A DNA stretch of 63,539 nucleotides, filler included. It is 6 parts of 6 records of this genome, joined end to end, with 100 filler letters (N's around TTAATTAATTAA, not from the genome) between each part and the next. Parts side by side here need not be neighbours in the genome. Positions count along the whole stretch, not along the records: positions 39,242 to 54,209 come from SRR20825010_3113; positions 54,310 to 60,239 come from SRR20825010_3161; 4 more parts are not named here. One strand, 5' to 3'. Each line of letters begins with the position of its first letter. The first letter of the stretch is position 1. The notes under the pieces are model-generated. The model was not told the origin of the DNA and did not search any database. It saw only the letters and a program-made list of their open reading frames with translations. Made by a program: the position numbers and the translations under genes. Positions 48,631 through 59,192 of this stretch are shown here, piece by piece.

Positions 48631-49599
48631 TTAAACATCTCTCTCCATCAAGAAATCGGCCAGTTGAATCAGCAATTTCTTTTTTGAGTCTTGAACACTC
48701 ACTTTGGCCAACGCGGAAATAGCAAGGTTGTAATGCTCTTTCATTCGTTCTTCGCACATTTGGCGGACATTTAAATGATCAAACAACTCGCGGGTTCTCT
48801 TCACCTTCAAAACAAGGTCATTTTCAGCACTTAATTGCTTTAGTATTTCACGTTGTTCTCCGGTAGCAACATTGAGTGCAGTAAGAAAAAGGAGTGTTTT
48901 TTTATTGGCAATTACATCTCCACCAACTTGTTTACCAAATTTGTCTGGATCGGCATACAAATCCAAAATATCGTCTTGAATTTGAAAAGCAATACCTACT
49001 TGTTGTCCGAATTCGAACAAATGTTCACGGTCTTCTTTAGTTGCTCCTGCAACAATGGCTCCAAGTTCCAAAGCACATCCCAAAAGAACGGAAGTTTTTA
49101 AGCGAATCATTTCAATGTATTCTGCAGCGGAAACATCCATGCGCAACTCAAAGTCCATATCCATTTGTTGACCTTCACACACTTCTAATGCTGTGGAATT
49201 GAATAATTCAAAGGCATCAGGAAGGAGAGATGTGTGAATTTGTCCTAGTAATTGATATGCTCGGATCATCAATGCGTCTCCTGACAAAATAGCTACATTG
49301 TTATTCCATTTATGGTGGATTGTTGGCTGATTTCTCCGAAGTGGAGCGGCATCCATAATGTCATCATGAATCAATGTGAAATTATGAAAAGTTTCGATCG
49401 CCAACGCTTGCGGAAGAGCAATTTGAGCGTCGGTGTCAAACATTTCAGCACCCAAAAGAGTGAGAATTGGACGAATTCGCTTCCCTCCAAGCTGAAGGAT
49501 GTAGCGTTGAGGCTCATACAATTGCTCAGGTTTCTCTGGGAATTGGAGATTTTTCAGTCCTTCCTCAACCAAATGCGTATATCCAATCAGTTCTTTCAC
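48631..49599 (-). CDS. Polyprenyl diphosphate synthase (IspA/GGPPS-like)
   Basis: GGKRIRP, HDDIMD..RR, GQQMD, FQIQDDILD. GTG start overlaps the rfbA TAG by 1 bp. Confidence 0.93.
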   Translation of the reverse strand: MKELIGYTHLVEEGLKNLQFPEKPEQLYEPQRYILQLGGKRIRPILTLLGAEMFDTDAQIALPQALAIETFHNFTLIHDDIMDAAPLRRNQPTIHHKWNNNVAILSGDALMIRAYQLLGQIHTSLLPDAFELFNSTALEVCEGQQMDMDFELRMDVSAAEYIEMIRLKTSVLLGCALELGAIVAGATKEDREHLFEFGQQVGIAFQIQDDILDLYADPDKFGKQVGGDVIANKKTLLFLTALNVATGEQREILKQLSAENDLVLKVKRTRELFDHLNVRQMCEERMKEHYNLAISALAKVSVQDSKKKLLIQLADFLMERDV

Positions 49600-50459
49600 T
49601 AGTGAATTAGATTCATCAGATAATCCCCATATCCGCTTTTAAGCAATGGTTCTGCGAGTGATCTTAGTTCTTCAGCTGTAATAAATCCACTTTGGTAAGC
49701 GGTTTCTTCGATACAACCAATTTTCAACCCTTGTCTTTCTTCAATTACCTGAACGAACTGTCCTGCTTGCATTAGCGAAGGAAAAGTTCCTGTGTCAAGC
49801 CAAGCTGTACCTCTACTTAAAACGGCAACTTTTAGTTCTCCTCGTCTCAGGTATTCGGCATTTACATCCGTGATCTCATACTCTCCACGTGGCGAAGGCT
49901 TGAGATTTTTGGCAATTTCTACCACTGAATTGTCGTAAAAATAAAGCCCAGGAACTGCATAATTCGATTTTGGGTTATCTGGTTTCTCTTCGATTGAAAT
50001 CGCGTTCATATCACGATCAAATTCAACAACACCATATCTTCTTGGGTCACTCACGTGATATGCATAAACAACGCCTCCTTCTGGATCAGCATTTTCTTTC
50101 AGCAAGTCATCCATTCCGACTCCGTAGAAAATATTGTCACCTAGAATTAATGCCACCTTATCATCGCCAATAAATGATTCTCCAATTACAAAGGCCTGCG
50201 CCAGTCCATTTGGAACAACTTGTTCGGCATATTCGAATCTGCAACCCAAGTTTTTACCATCTCCTAAGAGTTTTTGAAAATGAGGTAAATCATGTGGCGT
50301 TGAGATGATTAAGATCTCCTTAATTCCAGCACTCATGAGAATGGACAAAGGATAATAAATCATCGGTTTGTCGTATACAGGCATGAGCTGCTTACTTACT
50401 GCTAATGTGAGTGGATGAAGTCTCGTCCCTGATCCTCCCGCTAGAATAATTCCTTTCAT
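49599..50459 (-). CDS. rfbA: Glucose-1-phosphate thymidylyltransferase
   Basis: [43 protein letters not shown]. Confidence 0.97.
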   Translation of the reverse strand: MKGIILAGGSGTRLHPLTLAVSKQLMPVYDKPMIYYPLSILMSAGIKEILIISTPHDLPHFQKLLGDGKNLGCRFEYAEQVVPNGLAQAFVIGESFIGDDKVALILGDNIFYGVGMDDLLKENADPEGGVVYAYHVSDPRRYGVVEFDRDMNAISIEEKPDNPKSNYAVPGLYFYDNSVVEIAKNLKPSPRGEYEITDVNAEYLRRGELKVAVLSRGTAWLDTGTFPSLMQAGQFVQVIEERQGLKIGCIEETAYQSGFITAEELRSLAEPLLKSGYGDYLMNLIH

Positions 50460-50462
50460 GTG

Positions 50463-53153
50463 TTATAATTCATTCGATGGTTTCGTCGGAAGATTTTCAT
50501 CCTCGTCATCTTCATCGTCTTCATCAATAATATCTGTCTGTACGTCAAGGTTGTCCCAATCGATATCACTTTCTTCAGTGTATGCATCGAAATATGGTTC
50601 AACGAATGATTTTGTTGTCAATCTACTTTCTAAAGATAGAAGTAAACTAGGCAAGATTACTAAGTTGGTAATCATGGCTACAAGTAAAGTGAGCGAAATG
50701 AGTAATCCAAGTGCTTGCGTTCCTCCGAATTGTGAGAAAGAAAAGACCGAGAATCCACAGAACAATACGATAGAGGTGTAGAACATTCCAAGTCCAGCCT
50801 CACGAATCGCCATTATAACACATTGCTTTAAATCCCATTGTTTCGCCTTTAATTCCATGCGATACTTCGCCAAGTAATGGATGGTATCATCCACGGAAAT
50901 ACCAAAGGCGATACTAAATACGAGCAGAGTAGATGGCTTTAACGGAATTCCAAACCATCCCATAATTCCTGCGGTGAAGAGGAGTGGAATAAAGTTAGGA
51001 ATCAATGAAACAACAACCATTCTCCATGATCTGAAAAGAATAGCCATCAGGATCGCGATTGCAATAATTGCGAAGAGTAAACTCGTAAATAGATTGAAAA
51101 CAAGGTATTGCGTACCTTCTGAAGCGACTACCGAGGCACCTGTAAGTGTAATATCGAAATACTCGTGATCAATGGCAGCTCTTAAATCTGATTTGAAGTT
51201 GGGTTTGGAGTACATTTTACCGAGGAATCCGTAAGGATCTTCGTAGTAAGCCAATTCTTCTTCATCTGTTTTGATATAGTTTTGCGCTAAACTATTGGCA
51301 ATTGGCGAGAAGTTCCCCAAGAGTGTATCAACGTATGCTGTTTGGTTCGTCTTCTTATACTTTTTGAACAATCGTTCAATCTCTGGTCTGTCAGGATTTA
51401 GAAATTGATCAATTTTCAAGTACATTGAATCCACTTTATCACTGATCTCATAAGAACCAATGTCCATCATTTGAGATCGAATTCGGAGTACATTATTCGT
51501 TGTATCGATCAATTCGTTTATGGCAACACCAACAGTTGTTGAATTGGTGATTACAGAATTATCGATGTATCCTTTTAGTTTGGAAAGTTGACGTTTACTT
51601 GTAATAAGCTTAAACTCATCCGGATCGTTATCATGGTAAGCCATGTTTGCTGCCTTCAGAAGATCGATATACGAGATCTGTTTGGTAAACAGACTGTCAT
51701 TCGAGTATTTCTTCTGAATGTTGTCTATCGCAATTAAGGTTGAGCGTTTGGCTAATCGACTTGGTTCTTTATAGTCGATCATCATTTCAAAGGGAATAGA
51801 TCCTCCAAAATTGTCTTGAATAAAATGGAGATCAGTTAAAATTTGATGTCCTTTTGGTAAATCTCCTGATAAGTTTCCTGTCGCCGTAATTCTTGTCAGT
51901 CCAACTATACTCAAACCAACCACTAAAAGAGTTCCAAAGTAAACCCATTTTCGATGGTGTAACGTAATATCGACCAATTTATCCAGTAAGCCTACAGCAA
52001 GCTTTCGCTCCAAGTGCATCAAGTGACGTTTCTTAGGAGATTTCGACAAAGAGACCACAATAGGAAGAATGGAAATCGAAAGAATGAAGACAAGGATAAT
52101 GTTGATCGAAGCACTCAATCCGAATTGCATCAACTTGGGAGAGTTGGTTGTGATGAATGTTAAGAACCCAAGTGAAGTTGTTAAATTAGTTAGGAACGTC
52201 GCCGTACCAATTTTGCGGATCACACGACTCAACGCCTTTACCTTATTTCCATGGTCTTTTACTTCCTGATGGAACTTGGTCATTAGGAAGATACAGTTCG
52301 GAATTCCAATCACAATCATTAGCGGAGGAATTAACGCCATAATGATGGTAAGGTGAAAACCAAGGACCGCGATTACTCCCATAGACCAAATTACGGCTAC
52401 GGTAACAACGGTCAAACAAATAAAAACGACCTTTTTAGAGCGGAAGAATAGGAAAAGCAGCAGTGAAGTGACAAGAATAAGCAGGGCGACGAAAATGTAC
52501 ATTTCCTTCACGACTCTTTTTCCAATAACTACACGTAAGTGCGGAAGACCTGCGAATTTGGGCGCGCCAAAATCTTTCTCGTAGCGATTAGCTAGCTCTT
52601 CAATGTTTAAAACGAGGTTTGCCTTGGTTTGATCCAGGAGGAAGTTCTCGTCTATTCCAACCATCATTAATGAAGCATTTTCTGCGTTGTAAAGCAGACC
52701 TTCATACAATGGGTTTTGTTTTATTTCTTTTTTAATCGAGTCAATCGATTTCTCCTTGTAGGTGGGGTCGGAAAAAACCCGCCGGGCATCGAACTTTTGC
52801 TGTTCTCGATCATTGAATACAGTAAAGAGAGTTGCTTCGGAAATAACGGATTCTACACCATCCATAAGAAGGATAGAATCGCCCAATTCTTTCCATTTTC
52901 TGAAGTTTTCTTTCGTATAAAGTGAGTCTGTTTGGATAGCAACGACTAAAACTCCGCCGTCTTCTCCAAACATGCCTTTGAAGCGCTCGTAGTCTACACT
53001 CGCTTTTGCATTTTTAGGAAGAAGGATTCCGTATCGGTTGTCTAATTTCAATCCCGTCACAGCATGGTAACCAAAAAATACGGTAACCATGACAATGATG
53101 CCAATGATGATGAATCGATTCCTAAGGATCAAATTAGCAATGAACTGCCACAT
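50463..53153 (-). CDS. MMPL/RND-family exporter
   Basis: Two 6-TM halves with large loops, IGIPNCIFL, FGISVDDTIH, acidic tail. Confidence 0.9.
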   Translation of the reverse strand: MWQFIANLILRNRFIIIGIIVMVTVFFGYHAVTGLKLDNRYGILLPKNAKASVDYERFKGMFGEDGGVLVVAIQTDSLYTKENFRKWKELGDSILLMDGVESVISEATLFTVFNDREQQKFDARRVFSDPTYKEKSIDSIKKEIKQNPLYEGLLYNAENASLMMVGIDENFLLDQTKANLVLNIEELANRYEKDFGAPKFAGLPHLRVVIGKRVVKEMYIFVALLILVTSLLLFLFFRSKKVVFICLTVVTVAVIWSMGVIAVLGFHLTIIMALIPPLMIVIGIPNCIFLMTKFHQEVKDHGNKVKALSRVIRKIGTATFLTNLTTSLGFLTFITTNSPKLMQFGLSASINIILVFILSISILPIVVSLSKSPKKRHLMHLERKLAVGLLDKLVDITLHHRKWVYFGTLLVVGLSIVGLTRITATGNLSGDLPKGHQILTDLHFIQDNFGGSIPFEMMIDYKEPSRLAKRSTLIAIDNIQKKYSNDSLFTKQISYIDLLKAANMAYHDNDPDEFKLITSKRQLSKLKGYIDNSVITNSTTVGVAINELIDTTNNVLRIRSQMMDIGSYEISDKVDSMYLKIDQFLNPDRPEIERLFKKYKKTNQTAYVDTLLGNFSPIANSLAQNYIKTDEEELAYYEDPYGFLGKMYSKPNFKSDLRAAIDHEYFDITLTGASVVASEGTQYLVFNLFTSLLFAIIAIAILMAILFRSWRMVVVSLIPNFIPLLFTAGIMGWFGIPLKPSTLLVFSIAFGISVDDTIHYLAKYRMELKAKQWDLKQCVIMAIREAGLGMFYTSIVLFCGFSVFSFSQFGGTQALGLLISLTLLVAMITNLVILPSLLLSLESRLTTKSFVEPYFDAYTEESDIDWDNLDVQTDIIDEDDEDDEDENLPTKPSNEL

Positions 53154-53182
53154 GTATTCTAGTAACGTTAAAAATGAGCCTA

Positions 53183-53212
53183 CAAAGGTACTATAATATA
53201 TCAGCAGGCAAA
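53183..53212 (-). promoter_or_regulatory. Bacteroidota sigma-A promoter for the MMPL-rfbA-polyprenyl synthase genes
   Basis: TTTG (53212-53209), 18 nt, then TACCTTTG (53190-53183) on the - strand. Confidence 0.55.
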
Positions 53213-53267
53213 AGGAATTAACCTTGTAAAGAAATAAATATGGAAAATGTCTAAGTGAACGTTGGTG

Positions 53268-54086
53268 CTAGAAATTCTTGGCGTCGAGAATGCTAGACAT
53301 TTCCTGTTGAAGTTGAGATGCGGCTTCTCTTGCTTTGTCAGCAAAATCATGCCCTTGTGAAGCGTAAATGATTGCTCTTGATGAGTTTACCAATAATCCA
53401 CAGTCTTTGTTCCATCCGTAATTCGCAACGTCTTCAAGCGAGCCTCCTTGGGCTCCAACACCTGGAACTAAGAAGAAGTGATTTGGAACGATTTTGCGGA
53501 CCTCACCAATGCCATCTGCACGTGTCGCGCCAACAACAAACATTAGGTTTTCATCTGATCCCCAAGCTGTAGATCGCTTAAGTACTTTTTTGAACAATTC
53601 TTCATTGTTACGATCAGTAATGAACTGGAAATCTAACGCGCCTTTATTCGATGTTAATGCGAGTAAAATAACCCATTTGTTAGGGTATTCGAAAAAGGGA
53701 GTTACGCTATCTTCACCCATATATGGAGCTATAGTAACAGAATCTGCGTCAAGGTATTCAAAGAATGTCTTAGCGTAATAATTTGAGGTGTTTCCTATGT
53801 CTCCGCGTTTTGCATCAGCAATAGTGAAGATGTTTTTAGGGATGTAATCCAAGGTTTTTTTGAGCGATTCCCAACCCTTTGGACCGTGACATTCGTAGAA
53901 AGCCACATTTGGCTTGTATGCAACGCAGTATTCTTTCGTAGCGTCAATAATAGCCTTGTTGAATTCAAAAATTGGATCTTCCATCTCTAAAAAGTGAGGT
54001 GGAATTTTTTCTAAATCAGTATCAAGTCCAATACATAGAAAGGACCTTTTCGAGCGAATTTGTTCAATAAGTTCTTGCCTTGTCAT
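53268..54086 (-). CDS. pyrF: Orotidine-5'-phosphate decarboxylase
   Basis: [39 protein letters not shown]. Confidence 0.97.
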   Translation of the reverse strand: MTRQELIEQIRSKRSFLCIGLDTDLEKIPPHFLEMEDPIFEFNKAIIDATKEYCVAYKPNVAFYECHGPKGWESLKKTLDYIPKNIFTIADAKRGDIGNTSNYYAKTFFEYLDADSVTIAPYMGEDSVTPFFEYPNKWVILLALTSNKGALDFQFITDRNNEELFKKVLKRSTAWGSDENLMFVVGATRADGIGEVRKIVPNHFFLVPGVGAQGGSLEDVANYGWNKDCGLLVNSSRAIIYASQGHDFADKAREAASQLQQEMSSILDAKNF

Positions 54087-54120
54087 ATTTTCTTAAAATT
54101 TTCAATTCTCCTAATAATAA

Positions 54121-54164
54121 CTCCAACTTGCTCACTGAGCGGAGTCGAAGTGAGCGAGGTGGAG
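54121..54164. repeat. REP-like palindromic element
   Basis: Stem CTCCAACTTGCTCACT / AGTGAGCGAGGTGGAG around CTGAGCGGAGTCGAAG, a core I recognise as a dispersed Flavobacteriales repeat. Confidence 0.6.
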
Positions 54165-54209
54165 TGAATGCGGAGTCAGAGTTACACTTCTTTCCTTCAA
54201 CTATTCGGA

Positions 54210-54309
54210 NNNNNNNNNNNNNNNNNNNNNNNNNNNNNNNNNNNNNNNNNNNNTTAATTAATTAANNNNNNNNNNNNNNNNNNNNNNNNNNNNNNNNNNN
54301 NNNNNNNNN
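54210..54309. other. Artificial contig spacer
   Basis: N-run with TTAATTAATTAA. Confidence 0.98.
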
Positions 54310-54790
54310 CGAGCATCTGGTCGGCCTCGTCGAGCACCACGACTTCGATCTCGTTCAATGAGACGGCGCGCTGCTCGATCAGATCCATCAGCCGGCCCGG
54401 GGTGGCGATGAGAATATCGATCCCGCCGGCCAGCGCCTTGATCTGCGGGCGGATCGACACGCCGCCGACCACCACGGTCGAGGTCAGGTGCAGCTTGCGG
54501 CCGTAATCCTTGACGCTCTTGGCGATCTGGGCGGAGAGTTCGCGGGTCGGCGAAAGGATCAGCGCGCGGGCTTTCTTCGGCGCGGCTTTCTTGCCGGGCG
54601 CCAGGCGGTGCAGGATCGGCAGCGAGAACGCCGCCGTCTTGCCGGTGCCGGTCTGCGCCAGCCCGATGACGTCGCGGCCTTCGAGAACAAGCGGGATCGC
54701 CTGAACCTGGATCGGCGTCGGGGTGGTCAGATGCAGACCGTCAAGCGTGTCGAGAAGGGCCTTGGACAGGCCGAGTTCGGAAAACAACAT
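54310..54790 (-). CDS. DEAD-box RNA helicase (RhlE-like), 3'-truncated
   Basis: Q motif PTPIQVQAIP, AQTGTGKT, PTREL, ATPGRL, LDEAD. Confidence 0.95.
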
Positions 54791-55100
54791 GGTATAACTT
54801 TCAAATTTTGGGCAATACGTCGGGGGAGCGCCTGTGCGCTGCCATTCGCGGACCATGCCCGATCACAAAGATCCCGCCGGCTACGGACAAACCGCAATCG
54901 GAGGAGTTCGGGTTGGGCGCATCGCCGCTGGCCGACGCGAAAATTTCAAGGTGGATGTTAGGGGAAGTCAGAACACGCTCATCGCGAGGGAGGCGTGCAG
55001 CGGCCGAATGGGCCCCTATCCAGTTGCGCCTCTTAGGCCTGACAAATGCGGCCATGTCAAGGCGCGATGGCAGAATTCTGCTGCGCCGCAGCAAACAGGC

Positions 55101-56039
55101 TTAATGCTTTTGACTGTCCTCGCCTTCGACAGCGATGTTGGCGGCCACGCTGCGGATCGACTTTCCGGGCGTCAGCGCGATCGCCGAAACGACGATGGCG
55201 CAGGCGATCCACTGGGTCAGTCCCACGGGTTCCGCGAAGGCGAACCAGCCGACCAGAAACATCGTCGGCAGTTCGAAGCTGCCGGCGATCGCCGTCCGCG
55301 CCGTGCCGATGACGGGGGCCGCGACCGTGTAGAGCAACTGCGGAATGAGGGCCGATCCGAAGGCGATGCCCGCCACCAGCCACCAGCCCGGCGCACTGGC
55401 CGGAAACAGTGCCGCGGCAGGTGTCGCGGCCATCAGCGGCACCAGCCCGAGAACCGAACCAAGGCTGACCGTGGCGATCCGCGCCAGCGGATCGATCACC
55501 GTGAGCTTGTGGACCAGCACGTTGATACTGAACCCGAACCCCAGCGGCGCCGCCAGGGACAGGATCAGCGCGGGAACCTGGTCGGGCGCAACCGCATCCG
55601 GCGACGTGGCGAGTGCGGCTGCCGCCACGATCATCAGCGCCGCAGCGATGGCGCGCCGGCCTGGCGTATCGCCGAACATGAGCCAGGCAATGAGCAGCGT
55701 GAACACCGGGTAGGTCATGTAGAGAATGCCTGCGGTCGACACCGGCACGATTTCCACCGCGCGGACATAGCCGACCCAGCCAAGCCCCATGCCGAAGCCC
55801 GCGACCAGCCCCCAGGCCAGCGCTTTCCATCGGGCCCGGGCGCGCCAGACGAACGGCAGCAGCACCACTGCCGCAAAGGCGAAGCGGAAAAACGCGATCG
55901 CATGCGCGGCCATGCCCTCCGCCGTCAGCGTCCGGGCGAAGTAGGGCACCATCCCGAAACCAACAGACGCCGCAACCACGCCAAGTGTTGCAAGCCCCGG
56001 ACCGATGAGATGCGGCCGATCAGTGCATTCTATGCTCAT
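55101..56039 (-). CDS. EamA/DMT family transporter
   Basis: About 10 TM helices, AFFRF, YMTYPVFT, FELP..FAEP. Confidence 0.88.
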   Translation of the reverse strand: MSIECTDRPHLIGPGLATLGVVAASVGFGMVPYFARTLTAEGMAAHAIAFFRFAFAAVVLLPFVWRARARWKALAWGLVAGFGMGLGWVGYVRAVEIVPVSTAGILYMTYPVFTLLIAWLMFGDTPGRRAIAAALMIVAAAALATSPDAVAPDQVPALILSLAAPLGFGFSINVLVHKLTVIDPLARIATVSLGSVLGLVPLMAATPAAALFPASAPGWWLVAGIAFGSALIPQLLYTVAAPVIGTARTAIAGSFELPTMFLVGWFAFAEPVGLTQWIACAIVVSAIALTPGKSIRSVAANIAVEGEDSQKH

Positions 56040-56171
56040 CTACGGTGAGTAACAGTCCGCTCCGACATCCACAATTGGGTTGGTCCATAAGCCACGGCGA
56101 AACAACGGGAAACGGCGCACTGTGTCGCAAAATCCGATTGCGGTCCGCCAGTCCCGGACGTACCTTCGCGG

Positions 56172-56372
56172 CGTTCGGGTTCCGTGAAGGCCAAGCCTTC
56201 TGGATCAAAAGGGAACACGGTAGGGACGACCCGAAAAAGGGGCCCGATCCGTGGCTGCCCTCGCAACTGTGAGCGTGAGCCGCATTCACGATGCCACTGG
56301 GGAACTGGGAAACCATGAAACCGGGAAGGCGGGTGCCGGCGATGAAGCGCGAGCCAGGAGACCTGCCCGGAC
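56172..56372 (+). ncRNA. Cobalamin (B12) riboswitch
   Basis: AAAAGGGAACACGGT, CCGTGGCTGCCCTCGCAACTGTGAG, GCCACTG, GGGAAGG, B12 box GAGCCAGGAGACCTGCC. Upstream of a cobalt-uptake-type gene. Confidence 0.95.
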
Positions 56373-56443
56373 ACGAGTGGAAACCGTAACAAACGGCTTC
56401 CTGTTTCAACCTGTCGCACGAAGGGTGCGGAAAGGATTACAAC

Positions 56444-57130
56444 ATGCATATCGAACCAGGCGTCGTCGACGGCGCAAAACTTGCCTTGAGCTATGCCACC
56501 GCGGCCGCGGCCGGCGGCCTTCTTCTCAAAATGTCATGGGACACGATCCGCAAGGATGGCGGCGTCGCAGCACTGGCCATGCGCTCGGTGGTCACCACGC
56601 TTTTGGTGTTTTCCTTCTTCGAGATCCTGCCGCACCATGCGGTCGGTGTTTCCGAGGTCCACTTCATTCTGGGCTCGACGCTCTATTTGATCTTCGGCGC
56701 CGGACCGGCGGCGATCGGGCTGGCGCTCGGGCTCCTGGTCCAGGGCCTCGCCTTAGCGCCCTTCGACCTGCCGCAATACGGCATGAACGTCACCACCCTG
56801 CTGGTGCCGCTCTACGCCATGTCGCTGATTGCCCGTCGCATCATTCCGGCAGGCACTGCCTACAAGGACGTGAGCTACAAGCAGGCGCTGGCGCTGTCGA
56901 CCAGCTACCAGGGCGGCATCGTCATGTGGGTCGGCTTCTGGGCGCTTTACGGTCACGGCTTCGGCGCAGAGAACCTGTCGCAGATCGCAGCCTTCGGCGC
57001 CGCCTACATGCTAGTCATCATCGTTGAACCGGTCGCCGACCTCGCCGTGCTGGCGATCGCCAAGAACGTCTCCGGCATCGCCGGCAACCCGATGTTCAAC
57101 AGCCGGCTGCACGGTCCTGCTATCGCCTGA
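56444..57130 (+). CDS. CbiM-like ECF S-component (probable Co2+ uptake), solitary
   Basis: N-terminal MH metal-ligand motif (MHIEPG), GVSEVHFILG, QYGMN. Under riboswitch control. Confidence 0.85.
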   Translation: MHIEPGVVDGAKLALSYATAAAAGGLLLKMSWDTIRKDGGVAALAMRSVVTTLLVFSFFEILPHHAVGVSEVHFILGSTLYLIFGAGPAAIGLALGLLVQGLALAPFDLPQYGMNVTTLLVPLYAMSLIARRIIPAGTAYKDVSYKQALALSTSYQGGIVMWVGFWALYGHGFGAENLSQIAAFGAAYMLVIIVEPVADLAVLAIAKNVSGIAGNPMFNSRLHGPAIA

Positions 57131-57158
57131 TCGCAGCTTTCTAATATCCCTGAGAGTG

Positions 57159-57192
57159 AGCCGCGCGGGAGCCTCTCCCACGCGGCTTTTTC
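57159..57192 (+). terminator. Intrinsic terminator
   Basis: AGCCGCGCGGGA-GCCTC-TCCCACGCGGCT followed by TTTT. Confidence 0.8.
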
Positions 57193-57275
57193 ATGCGGAC
57201 GGCAATCCAAATCGCTTGGAGAATCAGGTTTGCTGCCTTTAGGCTGACAGCCTCAGGCACAACGGGAAATCTGGC

Positions 57276-58250
57276 ATGAACATCGAGATGATCCGCGCGG
57301 CGCGCGACCGGCTGGAAGGTCACGTCCGCCGCACGCCCTTGCTCAATTCCCCGTTTCTCGACGAGATCGCCGGACGGCGGCTCTGGGTCAAGCCCGAATG
57401 CCTGCAGCACACCGGCAGCTTCAAGTTCCGCGGCGGCTGGTCGGCCCTCTCGGCCATGTCACCGGAAGACCGGGCCCGCGGCGTCATCGCCTTTTCCAGC
57501 GGCAACCACGGACAGGGCGTGGCTTTCGCCGCCGCCCGGCATGGCGCACCGGCGGTCATCGTCATGCCCTCGGATGCGCCGAAGATGAAGATCGACAACA
57601 CCAGGGCTCTTGGCGCCGAAGTCGTTCTCTACGACCGGGCGACAGAGAACCGGGACGAAATCACCGCACGGCTGGCCGCCGAACGCGGCCTGACCCTGAT
57701 CAAGCCGTTCGACGAACCGCTGGTGATTGCCGGCCAGGGAACCTGCGGACTGGAAATCGCCGAACAGGCCGCGGAACAGGGCATCGCCCGCGCCGATGTG
57801 CTGGTCTGCTGCGGTGGTGGCGGCCTTGCGTCCGGCATCGCGCTGGCGCTTGAAGCCGAGGCCCCGGGGCTGCGCGTGCGGCCGGCGGAGCCCGAAGGCT
57901 TCGACGACATGGCCCGCAGCCTGCGCTCGGGCACCATTGAACGCAACGCGCGGCTGTCCGGTTCGATCTGCGACGCGATCCTGACGCCGCAACCCGGCAG
58001 CCTCACCTTTCCGATCCTCGCCCGTCTTGCCGGCGCAGGACTGGTGGTGAGCGAAACCGAGGTGCTGAACGCCATAGCCCTTGCCTTCACCCGGCTCAAG
58101 ATCGTGGCCGAGCCGGGAGGCGTGGTCGCACTTGCCGCGGCATTGTTTCATGCGGGCGAGATCGAAGGCGAGGACGTGATCGTCACGGTCTCCGGCGGCA
58201 ATGTCGACGCGACTGTGTTCTGCATGGCGCTGGAGCGGTTCGCCGGCTAG
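57276..58250 (+). CDS. PLP-dependent serine/threonine dehydratase family protein (no regulatory domain)
   Basis: LQHTGSFKFRG, SSGNHGQG, IAGQGT, CGGGGLASG, VSGGNVD. Confidence 0.92.
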   Translation: MNIEMIRAARDRLEGHVRRTPLLNSPFLDEIAGRRLWVKPECLQHTGSFKFRGGWSALSAMSPEDRARGVIAFSSGNHGQGVAFAAARHGAPAVIVMPSDAPKMKIDNTRALGAEVVLYDRATENRDEITARLAAERGLTLIKPFDEPLVIAGQGTCGLEIAEQAAEQGIARADVLVCCGGGGLASGIALALEAEAPGLRVRPAEPEGFDDMARSLRSGTIERNARLSGSICDAILTPQPGSLTFPILARLAGAGLVVSETEVLNAIALAFTRLKIVAEPGGVVALAAALFHAGEIEGEDVIVTVSGGNVDATVFCMALERFAG

Positions 58251-58287
58251 CCGATCGGGCAAGCGGATCGCGACCCTCAGACAATAT

Positions 58288-59187
58288 TCAGGTCAGCACG
58301 ACGCCTTCGTCCTTGGCCTTGTGCCCCGGTTCGACATGGATGATCACCCGGATGCCTTCGACCTCGTTGCGCAGCGCTGTTTCCAGCCGGTCGCAGATCC
58401 GGTGCGATTCCTCCACGCTCATGTCGCCGTCGACAACGAGATGAAACTCGACGAAGGAGGCCCTGCCCGCCATGCGGGTGCGGATGTCATGCGCTTCGAT
58501 GGCGCCGTCGGCCTCGGCCTTGATGATGGCCTGGATGCGCAGCTCATCGGCCGGATCGATGGCCCGGTCCATCAGCCCGTCGACGGAAGACGCGATCACC
58601 TTCCAACCTTGCCAGAGCACATTCATGGCAACGATCAGCGCCAGCAGCGGATCGAGCCGCGGCTGGTCGAAGGCCAGCGCCAGCACCAGACCGAAGATCA
58701 CGCCAACCGATGTCACCACGTCCGACAGGATGTGATGGCCATCGGCCTGCAGCGCCGGCGAGCGGTGGCGGCGGCCAATCCGCAACAGCACCGCGGCCCA
58801 GATGCCGTTGACCAGCGCGGCGCCGGCATTGACGGCCAGGCCCAGCACCGGCGCTTCGATCCGCTGCGGTGCCAGCAGCCCGCCCGCGGCCTCGTGCACG
58901 ATCAGCAGCGCCGCCACGACAATCAGCACGCCTTCGAGAACGGCGGAGAAATATTCCGCCTTGTGATGGCCGTAGGGGTGGGAGATGTCGGCGGGTTTCT
59001 GCGCGTAACCGATGGCGATGAAGGCCGCCGTCGCCGCAATCACATTGACGATGGATTCAAGCGCATCGGAGTAAAGCGCGATCGATCCGGTCAGGTACCA
59101 GGCGACAAACTTGAGCCCCATCACCCCGAACGCCAGCGGAATCGACCAGAATGCCAGCCGGCGGATGGTTCTTGAGGCCTGCGGCAC
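58288..59187 (-). CDS. Cation diffusion facilitator transporter (FieF-like)
   Basis: GSIALYSDALES, HPYGHHKAEY, ADGHHILSD, IHVEP. GTG 59187 lies just after the cytochrome c stop. Confidence 0.92.
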   Translation of the reverse strand: MPQASRTIRRLAFWSIPLAFGVMGLKFVAWYLTGSIALYSDALESIVNVIAATAAFIAIGYAQKPADISHPYGHHKAEYFSAVLEGVLIVVAALLIVHEAAGGLLAPQRIEAPVLGLAVNAGAALVNGIWAAVLLRIGRRHRSPALQADGHHILSDVVTSVGVIFGLVLALAFDQPRLDPLLALIVAMNVLWQGWKVIASSVDGLMDRAIDPADELRIQAIIKAEADGAIEAHDIRTRMAGRASFVEFHLVVDGDMSVEESHRICDRLETALRNEVEGIRVIIHVEPGHKAKDEGVVLT

Positions 59188-59192
59188 GCCGT

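Noticed and set aside
54834-59175. Long alternative-frame ORFs in the GC-rich contigs (e.g. 54834-56048, 58201-59175, also 37129-38310 and 30858-31733)
   Set aside because: They overlap well-supported genes and have Arg/Gly/Pro-rich composition without motifs, as expected from high-GC codon bias.
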